A DNA stretch of 39,798 nt from Candidatus Woesearchaeota archaeon (GCA_016185805.1 JACPMW010000003.1:1-39798); one strand, 5' to 3'. Shown: positions 1 through 6,952, counted from the first letter of the stretch. Notes: generated by a model from the sequence alone, not told the origin. Translations and numbers: made by a program.

Positions 1-1
1 T

Positions 2-241
2 TCTGAAATAGCCAAAATCTATTTGCAGATGAATGACAAGAACAGGGCAATAGAGTACTTCAAAAAAAGCATGAGGCAAAACCATGACAATCCTTCACCA
101 GCAAACAACTTGGCTGTTGTTTATATGTCAATAGGCAGGTTTAAACAGGCAAAAGAGCTGTTGGAAATGCAGTTAAAAAAATATCCAGAAAACAGGGCAT
201 TAAAGTACAATTATGAAGAGTGTATGAAGAATTTGAAATGA
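2..241 (+). CDS. TPR-repeat protein, C-terminal fragment (5' end outside window)
   Basis: The frame is open from base 2. The translation has TPR-like helical repeats (AIEYFKKS, NLAVVYMSIGRFKQAKELLE). Stop TGA at 239-241. Confidence 0.5.
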   Translation, partial: SEIAKIYLQMNDKNRAIEYFKKSMRQNHDNPSPANNLAVVYMSIGRFKQAKELLEMQLKKYPENRALKYNYEECMKNLK

Positions 242-721
242 CTATCTCCATTTAATCGAGCATCCTATTGCAGGCGTCAATTCCACAGCCACTTTCTGGT
301 TATGGATTAGTGCCTCTATTGCATTCCTCAAGTCTGTGGTCTGCACAGCCGCTGCATCCTTTGGGGAGTTGTCAATCCTGCCGTGATATCTCAAAGTCCT
401 GTGCCCGTCAAAGACAAAGCATTCGGGAGTGCACTGGGCCCCATAGGCATTTGCAACTTTCTGGTCTTCGTCCCTCAAATATGGGAAATTGTGCTTTTGC
501 ATCTTGCTGTATTCAACCATCTTGTCAAAGCTGTCTTCAGGATAATTAACTTCATCATTTGAATTGATTCCCACGACTTGCACGCCCTTAATTCCGTACT
601 CATCCTGTATGGCCTTTATCCTCTCAATGCTTCCCTGAACATAAGGGCAGTGGTTGCACATAAATACAAAAACAAGAATTTCAGCTTCTGGTTCTGCATG
701 TTCGTTTCCATGAAAATCACC
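242..721 (-). pseudogene. Thioredoxin-fold protein (TlpA/AhpC-like, CNHCP active site), apparently 5'-truncated
   Basis: The translation has FMCNHCPYV, GINSND, YPEDS, CTPECFVF and GCSIKW. The only start codon is the Met directly before the CxxC (661). The frame stays open 20 more codons upstream (GDFHGNEHAEPEAEILVFVF, still homologous-looking) and then hits TAA at 722-724 with no start. Confidence 0.5.
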
Positions 722-774
722 TTAACGAAATATTAATATTTTGATTTATTAAAATATTGCGGTTATAAGTATAA

Positions 775-960
775 TGCCGGTGAGGAGATTTGAACTCCCG
801 ACTTATGCCTTTCAGGATGTTGCCTTATGAGAGCATCACTCTAATTGCCACAACCTTTTGCGAAAAGCTTGACCAAAAGCGTTCCAGTGGGATATTCAGG
901 TGAAATCCCACGACATCTGTAGTCCTCTTGCAAAAGGCTACCAGGCTGAGTTACACCGGC
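775..960 (-). tRNA. tRNA(CAU) (elongator Met or Ile2) with two introns: about 97 nt in the D-loop and about 15 nt in the anticodon loop
   Basis: Minus-strand read: GCCGGTG-TA-ACTC-AGCCTGGTA-[97 nt]-GAGT-G-ATGCT-CTCATAA-[15 nt]-GGCAT-AAGTC-GGGAG-TTCAAAT-CTCCT-CACCGGC-A. It has a 7-bp acceptor and a 74-nt mature cloverleaf, with the anticodon at 829-827. Exon blocks are 960-939, 841-825 and 809-775; intron borders are good to within a few nt. Confidence 0.8.
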
Positions 961-1001
961 TTGATTCCGAGAATAAGATAATGTTTTATAAAAGTTGCTA
1001 A

Positions 1002-1409
1002 TCAAATAAACTTCCTTATCTTGTCAGCATATTCTTTCAGTTCATCATTTTCATACTTGAGATGGCTCCACTTGATTCTTAGCCTGTCTTTATGGAATCT
1101 GGGGATTACATGGATATGGGAATGGTTCACAACCTGGCCTGCCTCCTTGCCGTTGTTCATTACAATGTTAAACGCTGCTCCGAGGCTTAATGACAATGCC
1201 TTAGCCACCTTTTTGGCAGCTTTTATAATTGCAGCCAGGTCCTCGTCGCTTATCTCCGCCAGAGTTTCGGAGTGTTTTTTCGGCACGATAAGGCAGTGCC
1301 CTTTGTTGGCCGGCATTATGTCAAGAAAGCTAATCACCTTTTCGTCCTCATAGACTTTGGCAGCCGGTATCTTTCCATCAACAATCTTGCAGAATATGCA
1401 GTTTTCCAT
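1002..1409 (-). CDS. HIT-family (histidine triad) nucleotide hydrolase
   Basis: 135 aa. Starts CIFCKI and carries the HxHxHxx motif NHSHIHVIPR. Confidence 0.85.
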   Translation of the reverse strand: MENCIFCKIVDGKIPAAKVYEDEKVISFLDIMPANKGHCLIVPKKHSETLAEISDEDLAAIIKAAKKVAKALSLSLGAAFNIVMNNGKEAGQVVNHSHIHVIPRFHKDRLRIKWSHLKYENDELKEYADKIRKFI

Positions 1410-1468
1410 ATTTGCCTGTCAACCCATAGTCATATTTATTGCTTTTGATTACTGAGGAGGCTGGCTAA

Positions 1469-2308
1469 CTACATTATTTGCAGGCTGTCTATCGGGCTTT
1501 TTGTGCCAATCATTTTGGGAGATGCAATATGAAGATATACCATTGTTGTTTCTGCGCTGCTGTGCCCGAGCAATGACTGGACTTCTGCAACGCTGCTTCC
1601 GTTCTCTATAAGGTGGGTTGAAAAGCTGTGCCGCAAAGTGTGCGGATGGGCATGCTTGGATAATTTGGCATGTTTCCGTGCATTTTTTATTACGGATCTT
1701 ACGGACGCTGTTGTAAGGTGGCCATTAAATCCCCTGAAAATATAAGAATCAGGTGACGTGCATTCTTTTGAAATGTATGAAGCTAGCTCTTCCTTGATGC
1801 TCTCTGCTATGACAAACATCCTGTCCTTGTTGCCCTTGCCGTGCCTCACCCACCCATAGCCATTTTTGATGTCAAGATTTTCCGGCTTAAGGTGAACAAG
1901 CTCGCTTACCCTTAGCCCGGCAGAATACATCAGCTTTGCCATAAGCTTGTGCTTAGGATTGCTTATTGAATTTATCAGCCTTGCAATTTCTTCTTTGGTT
2001 AAAACTATTGGCAGTGATTTAGGGGTTTTTGAGTATCTTATATTGACCATTAACCGCCGGTTTAAGACACTGCCATAAAAAAACTTCAATGCGTTTAAGT
2101 TCACATTAATTGTGTTGCCGCATGTGCCTTTCCCAATCATGATGTCAAGGTAGGACTTGACATCGGCTTTCTTGATTTCATTTGGCTCTTTTTTGCACCA
2201 ATTGAAGAATTTTCTGACGCAATACCTGTAAGTCCTTATTGTTTTGTGGCTTAATCCCCTTCTGAGCCCTTCTTTCCTTATTAATTCCGGAATGTCCATT
2301 TTAATCAC
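1469..2308 (-). CDS. xerA: Xer-type tyrosine site-specific recombinase
   Basis: 279 aa with the full R-K-H-R-H-Y catalytic set (GLRVSE, HGKGNKDR, HTLRHSF, LGHSS, MVYLH). There are 59 residues between KDR and HTLRH. The start is GTG 2308 or ATG 2299. Confidence 0.8.
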   Translation of the reverse strand: MIKMDIPELIRKEGLRRGLSHKTIRTYRYCVRKFFNWCKKEPNEIKKADVKSYLDIMIGKGTCGNTINVNLNALKFFYGSVLNRRLMVNIRYSKTPKSLPIVLTKEEIARLINSISNPKHKLMAKLMYSAGLRVSELVHLKPENLDIKNGYGWVRHGKGNKDRMFVIAESIKEELASYISKECTSPDSYIFRGFNGHLTTASVRSVIKNARKHAKLSKHAHPHTLRHSFSTHLIENGSSVAEVQSLLGHSSAETTMVYLHIASPKMIGTKSPIDSLQIM

Positions 2309-2330
2309 ATTAATCCATGATGCATCTAAG

Positions 2331-2369
2331 GTTTAAATAATTCACGCGAAGATGTCCAGTGTCCAGTGG
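2331..2369 (-). promoter_or_regulatory. Promoter-proximal element copy A: two CTGGACA units plus a TATA-like box, upstream of the recombinase gene
   Basis: The reverse complement reads CCACTGGACACTGGACATCTTCGCGTGAATTATTTAAAC. The TATA-like box (2340-2331) lies 23-32 nt from the recombinase start codons. Two similar copies sit at 14759-14797 and 23010-23041. Confidence 0.45.
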
Positions 2370-2471
2370 TTATTTACGATATTGAAAAGAATTGATATCA
2401 GCCAATTTCCCAACTCCGCAATGAATACAGAAAAACAGGTTATGGCCAATCAAATCCAAGGCATTTAAGCC

Positions 2472-2506
2472 CTATAACCCTAAAATCTAAAGACTTTAGG
2501 TTATAT
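2472..2506. repeat. Imperfect inverted repeat CTATAACC(C)TAAA / TTTAGGTTATAT with one extrahelical C
   Basis: Read directly: 2472-2484 pairs with 2495-2506. It is followed by a second GTTATAAG unit at 2510-2517. Confidence 0.5.
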
Positions 2507-2810
2507 ACCGTTATAAGCCACCTTATCATCGATAACCTCCTCAAAATTTCTCGATGAAAATTCTAAAAACCATCAAAGCTTTTTAGAACTAAAGATTTTT
2601 TCAGGCAAAAAAATCGCATAAAATTATCAACAGTTATGATTATCTTAGAAAATATTAAATAGTTCTAATGTTTTTATTATAATTTATGTGGAGATTAGGC
2701 TTATAGCCCTTATAGCTTGCCTTACTCCATTGGTTCTCCATAAGTTCTTTGAATTTATGGTGAACATGAAAATGGAAACAAAAATCATTACAGCTGGAGT
2801 GACCCTGGCC

Positions 2811-2898
2811 GTGGAGACTCTGATGTAGTGAGGCAGCAATAATCTATAAGTTGAAATTCACGGTCAAGGGTTTGGGGGTTCAAATCCCCCTCTCCACT
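2811..2898 (+). tRNA. tRNA-like gene or pseudo-tRNA, class-II-like, best fold gives anticodon CUA
   Basis: Perfect 7-bp acceptor (GTGGAGA / TCTCCAC) and a canonical T-arm (GGGGG-TTCAAAT-CCCCC). The long variable region can form a 6-bp stem (AAATTC / GGGTTT). The anticodon stem CAATA/AGTTG has one A-A mismatch, its loop is ATCTATA, there is no nt 26 and the D-stem is weak. Confidence 0.35.
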
Positions 2899-2984
2899 CT
2901 TTGTAGAATGTAAATTGTTGATAATTTTCTGTTTTCTTCGAGAAATCAAGGGATAAATCCGAAAATGCTAATTGTTACTGCCTT

Positions 2985-3051
2985 CGTTTAACGCCATAAA
3001 GAAAAACTAAAGACGACAAAATTGAAAACTTTGTCTAACAAGCGTTAAACG
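2985..3051 (+). repeat. Junction J0: 10-bp inverted repeat enclosing a bulged hairpin and core site TGTCTAA|CAAGCG|TTAAACG (3032-3051)
   Basis: CGTTTAACGC (2985-2994) pairs with GCGTTAAACG (3042-3051). The inner stem is AGAC(GAC)AAA / TTTGTCT. The core matches the J1-J5 pattern. Confidence 0.55.
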
Positions 3052-3143
3052 GTTCGCTTACGCTCTCCCAAATTTTTGATTACTTTGAACGGGGGGGTTT
3101 CTAGAAAACTTTATAATCTTGCTTATAAGCACTATAGGTCAAT

Positions 3144-4718
3144 ATGGTAAATTGTGCAAAATGTGGAGAGAAAATAGGATTATTTCAAAAAAAATATGAT
3201 TATGAGAATAAGCACGGAAATACTATAAAGTATTGCTCAAAATGTAATGAAGAATATAAAAAACAAGAAGCTGAAACGAAACGAAAGAAAATCGAAAAAC
3301 AAAAATTAGAAGAGCAAAAAGCACAGGAAAAATATTCACAGGAAATTTCTGAGATTTGTAAAAAATATTTAACAACTAAAGATTATGATTTCAGAGGAAT
3401 AATCTCGGGAATATACAAAAATAAAGAATTATATGGGCTAGTTGAGAAGGAAGATATAGATTTCTTAAAACAACAGTTTATAAAATTGTATCAAAAAACT
3501 CAAGAAAGTTCTCCTTCAAGTTCTAAGGAATATGACGAAGTGATGTCTTTAGAGAACACCTATAATAATGCCTTGCAATTTATTCAGGACTTAGAAAAGG
3601 TTAAGAAAATATCAGAAAAAAAAGGAATTAAATCAGACTATATCAAAATAATCAAACTCATGGCAGATATTGTGAATGAAGATGAGAAAAAAAGGAGGGA
3701 AAAAATTGCAGTTGCTGCGTACCAACGGATTTCTAAAATTACGAGTGATAAAAAACAAATAATTAAGGAATTTCTCAAAATCCTCCAACCGGAAGATGAA
3801 ATGACTATTGAATTTTTATTTGATAAATTTGGGCTTTCTTACACTCATGAGGAAGTAACGAAACTACTAACAGAATGTATTGAAGACGCAGAAATTGAAG
3901 ATTTTGAAGAAAATATTGGTACAACACAAAAAAAACAAATAGGGGATTTTGAAAATCTTAGTGGACATCAATTTGAAAATTACCTAAAAGAAATTTTCTC
4001 TATTTTTGGCTATCAGGTTATTAGAACAAAACTAAGTGGCGACCAAGGGGCAGATTTAATTATAAAGAAGAACAACGAAAAAACCGTTGTTCAAGCAAAA
4101 AAGTATTCTGGTGATGTAACTAATAAAGCCGTCCAAGAAGTTGTTGCATCAAAAGAGCATTATGGTGCAAATAAAGCAATGGTTGTAACTACTGGAAATT
4201 TTACTAAAAGTGCCATTGAATTAGCAAGAAGCAATAAGGTTGAGCTTTGGGATAAAAATAAACTTAAGAATGTAGTATCGGAAATTAATAGTTCTTTGGG
4301 CACGAAGAAGGGATCACATACTCAAACCATGAGTTTAGACAGGGATTTTTTAGACAAGGATTCATTCCCAATAGTTTGTCCCTTATGCAGTTCAGAAATT
4401 GGAGATTCTTTAGATGGTTGCCCTAGAAAAAATGAAGTTCAAGAACTGTGTTGTCTTAAATGTACGGGTAGACTGACAATAAGTCTACCAGAAGAAGCTT
4501 ATTCTTGTCTAGGTTGCAAGCAAACATTTGACACAGTTAAAGAAAGGATTGAGCACTCAAAGTCATGCAAAAAACTGAAAGAAAGAGAGTTTAAATGCAA
4601 GTCCTGCCAAAAAGAATTTACTTTGGATGACTCGGAGTTTACTGAACTAAAAATAAAAGGAAAAATAAATATTGAATGCCCAAAATGTAAAAAAGACAAC
4701 TCTGTAGGTATTAAGTAA
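3144..4718 (+). CDS. Multidomain protein: N-terminal zinc ribbon, coiled coil, Mrr-like restriction-endonuclease catalytic domain, C-terminal cluster of zinc ribbons and C2H2-like fingers
   Basis: N-terminus has CAKCG...CSKCN. The Mrr-cat-like block reads GHQFENYLKEIFSIFGYQV...GDQGADLII...VVQAKKY...AMVVTTGNFTKSA. The C-terminus has CPLCS, CLKC, CLGCKQTFDTVKERIEHSKSC, CKSC and CPKC. Confidence 0.6.
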   Translation: MVNCAKCGEKIGLFQKKYDYENKHGNTIKYCSKCNEEYKKQEAETKRKKIEKQKLEEQKAQEKYSQEISEICKKYLTTKDYDFRGIISGIYKNKELYGLVEKEDIDFLKQQFIKLYQKTQESSPSSSKEYDEVMSLENTYNNALQFIQDLEKVKKISEKKGIKSDYIKIIKLMADIVNEDEKKRREKIAVAAYQRISKITSDKKQIIKEFLKILQPEDEMTIEFLFDKFGLSYTHEEVTKLLTECIEDAEIEDFEENIGTTQKKQIGDFENLSGHQFENYLKEIFSIFGYQVIRTKLSGDQGADLIIKKNNEKTVVQAKKYSGDVTNKAVQEVVASKEHYGANKAMVVTTGNFTKSAIELARSNKVELWDKNKLKNVVSEINSSLGTKKGSHTQTMSLDRDFLDKDSFPIVCPLCSSEIGDSLDGCPRKNEVQELCCLKCTGRLTISLPEEAYSCLGCKQTFDTVKERIEHSKSCKKLKEREFKCKSCQKEFTLDDSEFTELKIKGKINIECPKCKKDNSVGIK

Positions 4719-4736
4719 ATATGAAACTTATTAAAC

Positions 4737-5216
4737 ATGGACGAAAATCAAGAAAAAGCAAATAAAATTTTATGGGAATACCTACATCAAAATAAAAAAC
4801 CTATCAAATTAGATAGTAATGCAATGAAAATATTGGATATTGCTGAGAGTAATCATGAATATTATGAGTATATTCCTGATAAACTTTTTAGTTTATTACT
4901 TGAAAAAGATATAAAAATTGAAAAATTAGATTCGGAATTTAAACACTTATTCGAAAAAGAGCGAAAGTCAAATTATATTTCTGGATGGAAATCTATCTTA
5001 ATTCAAAAAGAAGTACATGCTAAGTTTCTAATAGCTCAATTTATCCATGAATACGCGCATCATAAATTTAAGATTGGTGAATGGAATAAAGATAATTATA
5101 AGCATCCTAAAACTCCTGGTGAGAGTAAAGAAGAGGATACTTGTAACATATTGAGTTGTGAATACGCTGAAATGAATGGATTTGGTAAGGAATATTCTAA
5201 ATTGATAGGACTTTAG
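4737..5216 (+). CDS. Hypothetical protein with HExxH motif (possible ImmA/IrrE-like zinc peptidase)
   Basis: 159 aa. FIHEYAHHKF contains HEYAH. It starts 19 nt after the Mrr-like gene on the same strand. Confidence 0.3.
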   Translation: MDENQEKANKILWEYLHQNKKPIKLDSNAMKILDIAESNHEYYEYIPDKLFSLLLEKDIKIEKLDSEFKHLFEKERKSNYISGWKSILIQKEVHAKFLIAQFIHEYAHHKFKIGEWNKDNYKHPKTPGESKEEDTCNILSCEYAEMNGFGKEYSKLIGL

Positions 5217-5394
5217 AGATAACTTATTTTTCTTAATGTAATGCTTCGCTCATTTGATAAAATGGAACTCCCCCAGTCCTGCGGACATATACTCTGCTTA
5301 CGCAGAAATCTATTATAACTAAAGTAATCAAAAACTACGGCAGTAACGCATTTTCGGTGGCTTAAAAACACCGCTCGGCATCAAAGCCTCGCTA

Positions 5395-5414
5395 CGTATA
5401 ACAAGAATTAAAAT
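5395..5414 (+). repeat. Junction core J1: CGTATAA|CAAGAA|TTAAAAT
   Basis: Read directly. It is preceded by stems CTGCG/CGCAG (5279-5305) and CGGTG/CACCG (5355-5373). Confidence 0.55.
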
Positions 5415-5444
5415 CAATTGAGAAAAATCCCCCTATTGCCCACA

Positions 5445-6020
5445 CTACTTAATACTTCTTAAGATATTTAATAGAATTTCTCCAACCTTAACATAATCAA
5501 TCATTCCACTTCTTGACATCTTTACACCGTGTACTGCTTTATTTCGAACTTTAGAGAGATAATCACTCATAGCTCTAATACTAATTAGTTTTTCACCATC
5601 CACCTTTTTCTTTTTCAATAATCTCTGTAATTCATTCTCAATCAAGAATGATAATTTAATTATGGAGTAATTGTAATCTTTAAAATTCAATTGATTATCT
5701 AATTCTTTCTTTATCTTTTCTTCATTAATTTTAAGTTTTTTTACTTTTGATTTATATTTAGATAATTGGTTCTTTAGTTCTTCTATTTCTTTTCTCCTTC
5801 TTTTCATTGCCCTACCATATAAAGAGAATTGCATGGCAAGAATTAATCCTAACATAACGGGGATAATTATCTCAAAAATTGACGTTGCTGGCATTACAAA
5901 CTCAATCTTTTTATCAAAAAGAAAAACAAAAATTAAAATGGAGTAAATTATTATAGTTATAGGTAGTACTATGATTAAAAATTCTTTCTTTTTCATTATA
6001 AATCTTGGGAAGGAAATCAT
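5445..6020 (-). CDS. Membrane-anchored coiled-coil protein with a C-terminal region resembling DUF4145 (RNKAVHG)
   Basis: 191 aa with two or three N-terminal hydrophobic helices and a K/E-rich coiled coil. The C-terminus reads LSKVRNKAVHG. Confidence 0.35.
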   Translation of the reverse strand: MISFPRFIMKKKEFLIIVLPITIIIYSILIFVFLFDKKIEFVMPATSIFEIIIPVMLGLILAMQFSLYGRAMKRRRKEIEELKNQLSKYKSKVKKLKINEEKIKKELDNQLNFKDYNYSIIKLSFLIENELQRLLKKKKVDGEKLISIRAMSDYLSKVRNKAVHGVKMSRSGMIDYVKVGEILLNILRSIK

Positions 6021-6223
6021 TGTTCTCCTCCCCCTTCAAATTGTTCCATTTTTTTGCCTGCTTCAATCCCTCCTAATCCAATAATTGTTGAATAGATTAT
6101 GAAATAAAACATTTCTGGTAAGGTTTCATGCATTACAAGAGCGACAGCTTGAAGTATAACGAAACAGACAACGGTGATTCCAATAATCCATGCTGAGGCT
6201 GATGAACTTATGTATGGTGCCAT
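6017..6223 (-). CDS. Small two-TM membrane protein, translationally coupled to the downstream gene
   Basis: 68 aa and hydrophobic. Its stop overlaps the next start (ATGA at 6017-6020 on the minus strand). Confidence 0.4.
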   Translation of the reverse strand: MAPYISSSASAWIIGITVVCFVILQAVALVMHETLPEMFYFIIYSTIIGLGGIEAGKKMEQFEGGGEQ

Positions 6224-6295
6224 TTATAAACTAAATATTTAATGTTCTATATAAATATGTTGGATGTGGGCTTATGTAGGGGATTTTTCTCAACT

Positions 6296-6354
6296 CTGCG
6301 GACGCAGGTTTCCAGAACTTTGTAACTGGAAACGATTTTAACAAGGGTTATACG
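6296..6354 (+). repeat. Junction J2: palindrome, 8-bp hairpin and core ATTTTAA|CAAGGG|TTATACG (6335-6354)
   Basis: Palindrome CTGCG-GA-CGCAG at 6296-6307. Hairpin GTTTCCAG-AACTTTGTAA-CTGGAAAC at 6308-6333. Confidence 0.6.
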
Positions 6355-6415
6355 CAATTTTTGCGAACGCCTAAACGAGATAGGGCTTTGGCATTAGCGA
6401 TTAAGAATATAGAAG

Positions 6416-6802
6416 TCAGTGAACTCTCTCTTCTAATAAACGTTGAGATATTTCTCCTGGTGCTTGGTAATAAAGAGTCACTTGAGTACTCACAAAAACG
6501 TCTGTCCTCTTTATGCGAACACCATTATCAAATTCTGTTGTGGTATCCTTAACTGGAATAGGGAAACCTTGACTGGGAGTTGGTTGTCGTTTTGTGTATC
6601 CTGTGATTCTACAACCAATTGGGTAAATAGTATAATCACCTTCTCCACCATGTATAAACAATTTCGCTTTGTCTGGCACTATACCAGTTAGTTCTATACC
6701 TTCTATAAGCTCTGTAATCTCCTTGAACTCACGCATAGATTGTCCTACATCAACTACCCTCCTTACAAAAGGGACGCTTTCAGTTACTCTAATGGTATTC
6801 AT
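6416..6802 (-). CDS. Hypothetical protein (cassette 3 cargo)
   Basis: 128-aa ORF with no recognisable motif. It is flanked by two perfect 14-bp inverted repeat pairs. Confidence 0.4.
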   Translation of the reverse strand: MNTIRVTESVPFVRRVVDVGQSMREFKEITELIEGIELTGIVPDKAKLFIHGGEGDYTIYPIGCRITGYTKRQPTPSQGFPIPVKDTTTEFDNGVRIKRTDVFVSTQVTLYYQAPGEISQRLLEERVH

Positions 6803-6952
6803 TTGTTGTTCAAGATATAGAACAAAGAAGTGTTTATAAAATTATGCCAAAGCCCTAGAATATTGTCTTGATGTATCGCTTCGCTCTTTTGATAGACGGC
6901 GTTCGCAAAAACTTTGCTTTGCAACCCCATTGCATTCTCCTTTCAGTCGGGG

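Noticed and set aside
268-549. Many track ORFs lie antisense to, or out of frame within, well-supported genes. Examples are 268-549, 1021-1353, 12855-13436, 13452-14029, 15657-16138, 19174-19551, 20459-21145, 20887-21450, 21963-22613, 24446-25153, 25882-26382, 29104-30711, 33407-33841 and 38351-38860.
   Set aside because: Each overlaps a gene whose translation carries clear family motifs (trx-like, HIT, gltX, ftsZ, spt5, rpl11, the ATPase, gap and others). Their own translations are low-complexity or Cys/Ser/Leu-rich shadow sequence.
669-678. AACAAGAATT, identical to the J1 spacer region, lies next to the truncated thioredoxin-like gene.
   Set aside because: It lies inside sequence that still encodes conserved residues (EILVFVF). 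It also lacks the TWTAA/TTAWA arms, so it is probably chance in AT-rich DNA.
842-938. A possible C/D-box sRNA hidden in the 97-nt tRNA intron.
   Set aside because: Only a CTGA is present. There is no RTGATGA C box and no terminal pairing of the kind expected.
2351-2369. The CCAGTGG core of the three-copy element resembles archaeal origin-recognition boxes.
   Set aside because: Only single sites occur, more than 8 kb apart. There is no cluster, AT-rich unwinding element or orc1/cdc6 gene nearby, and the rest of the ORB consensus is not matched.
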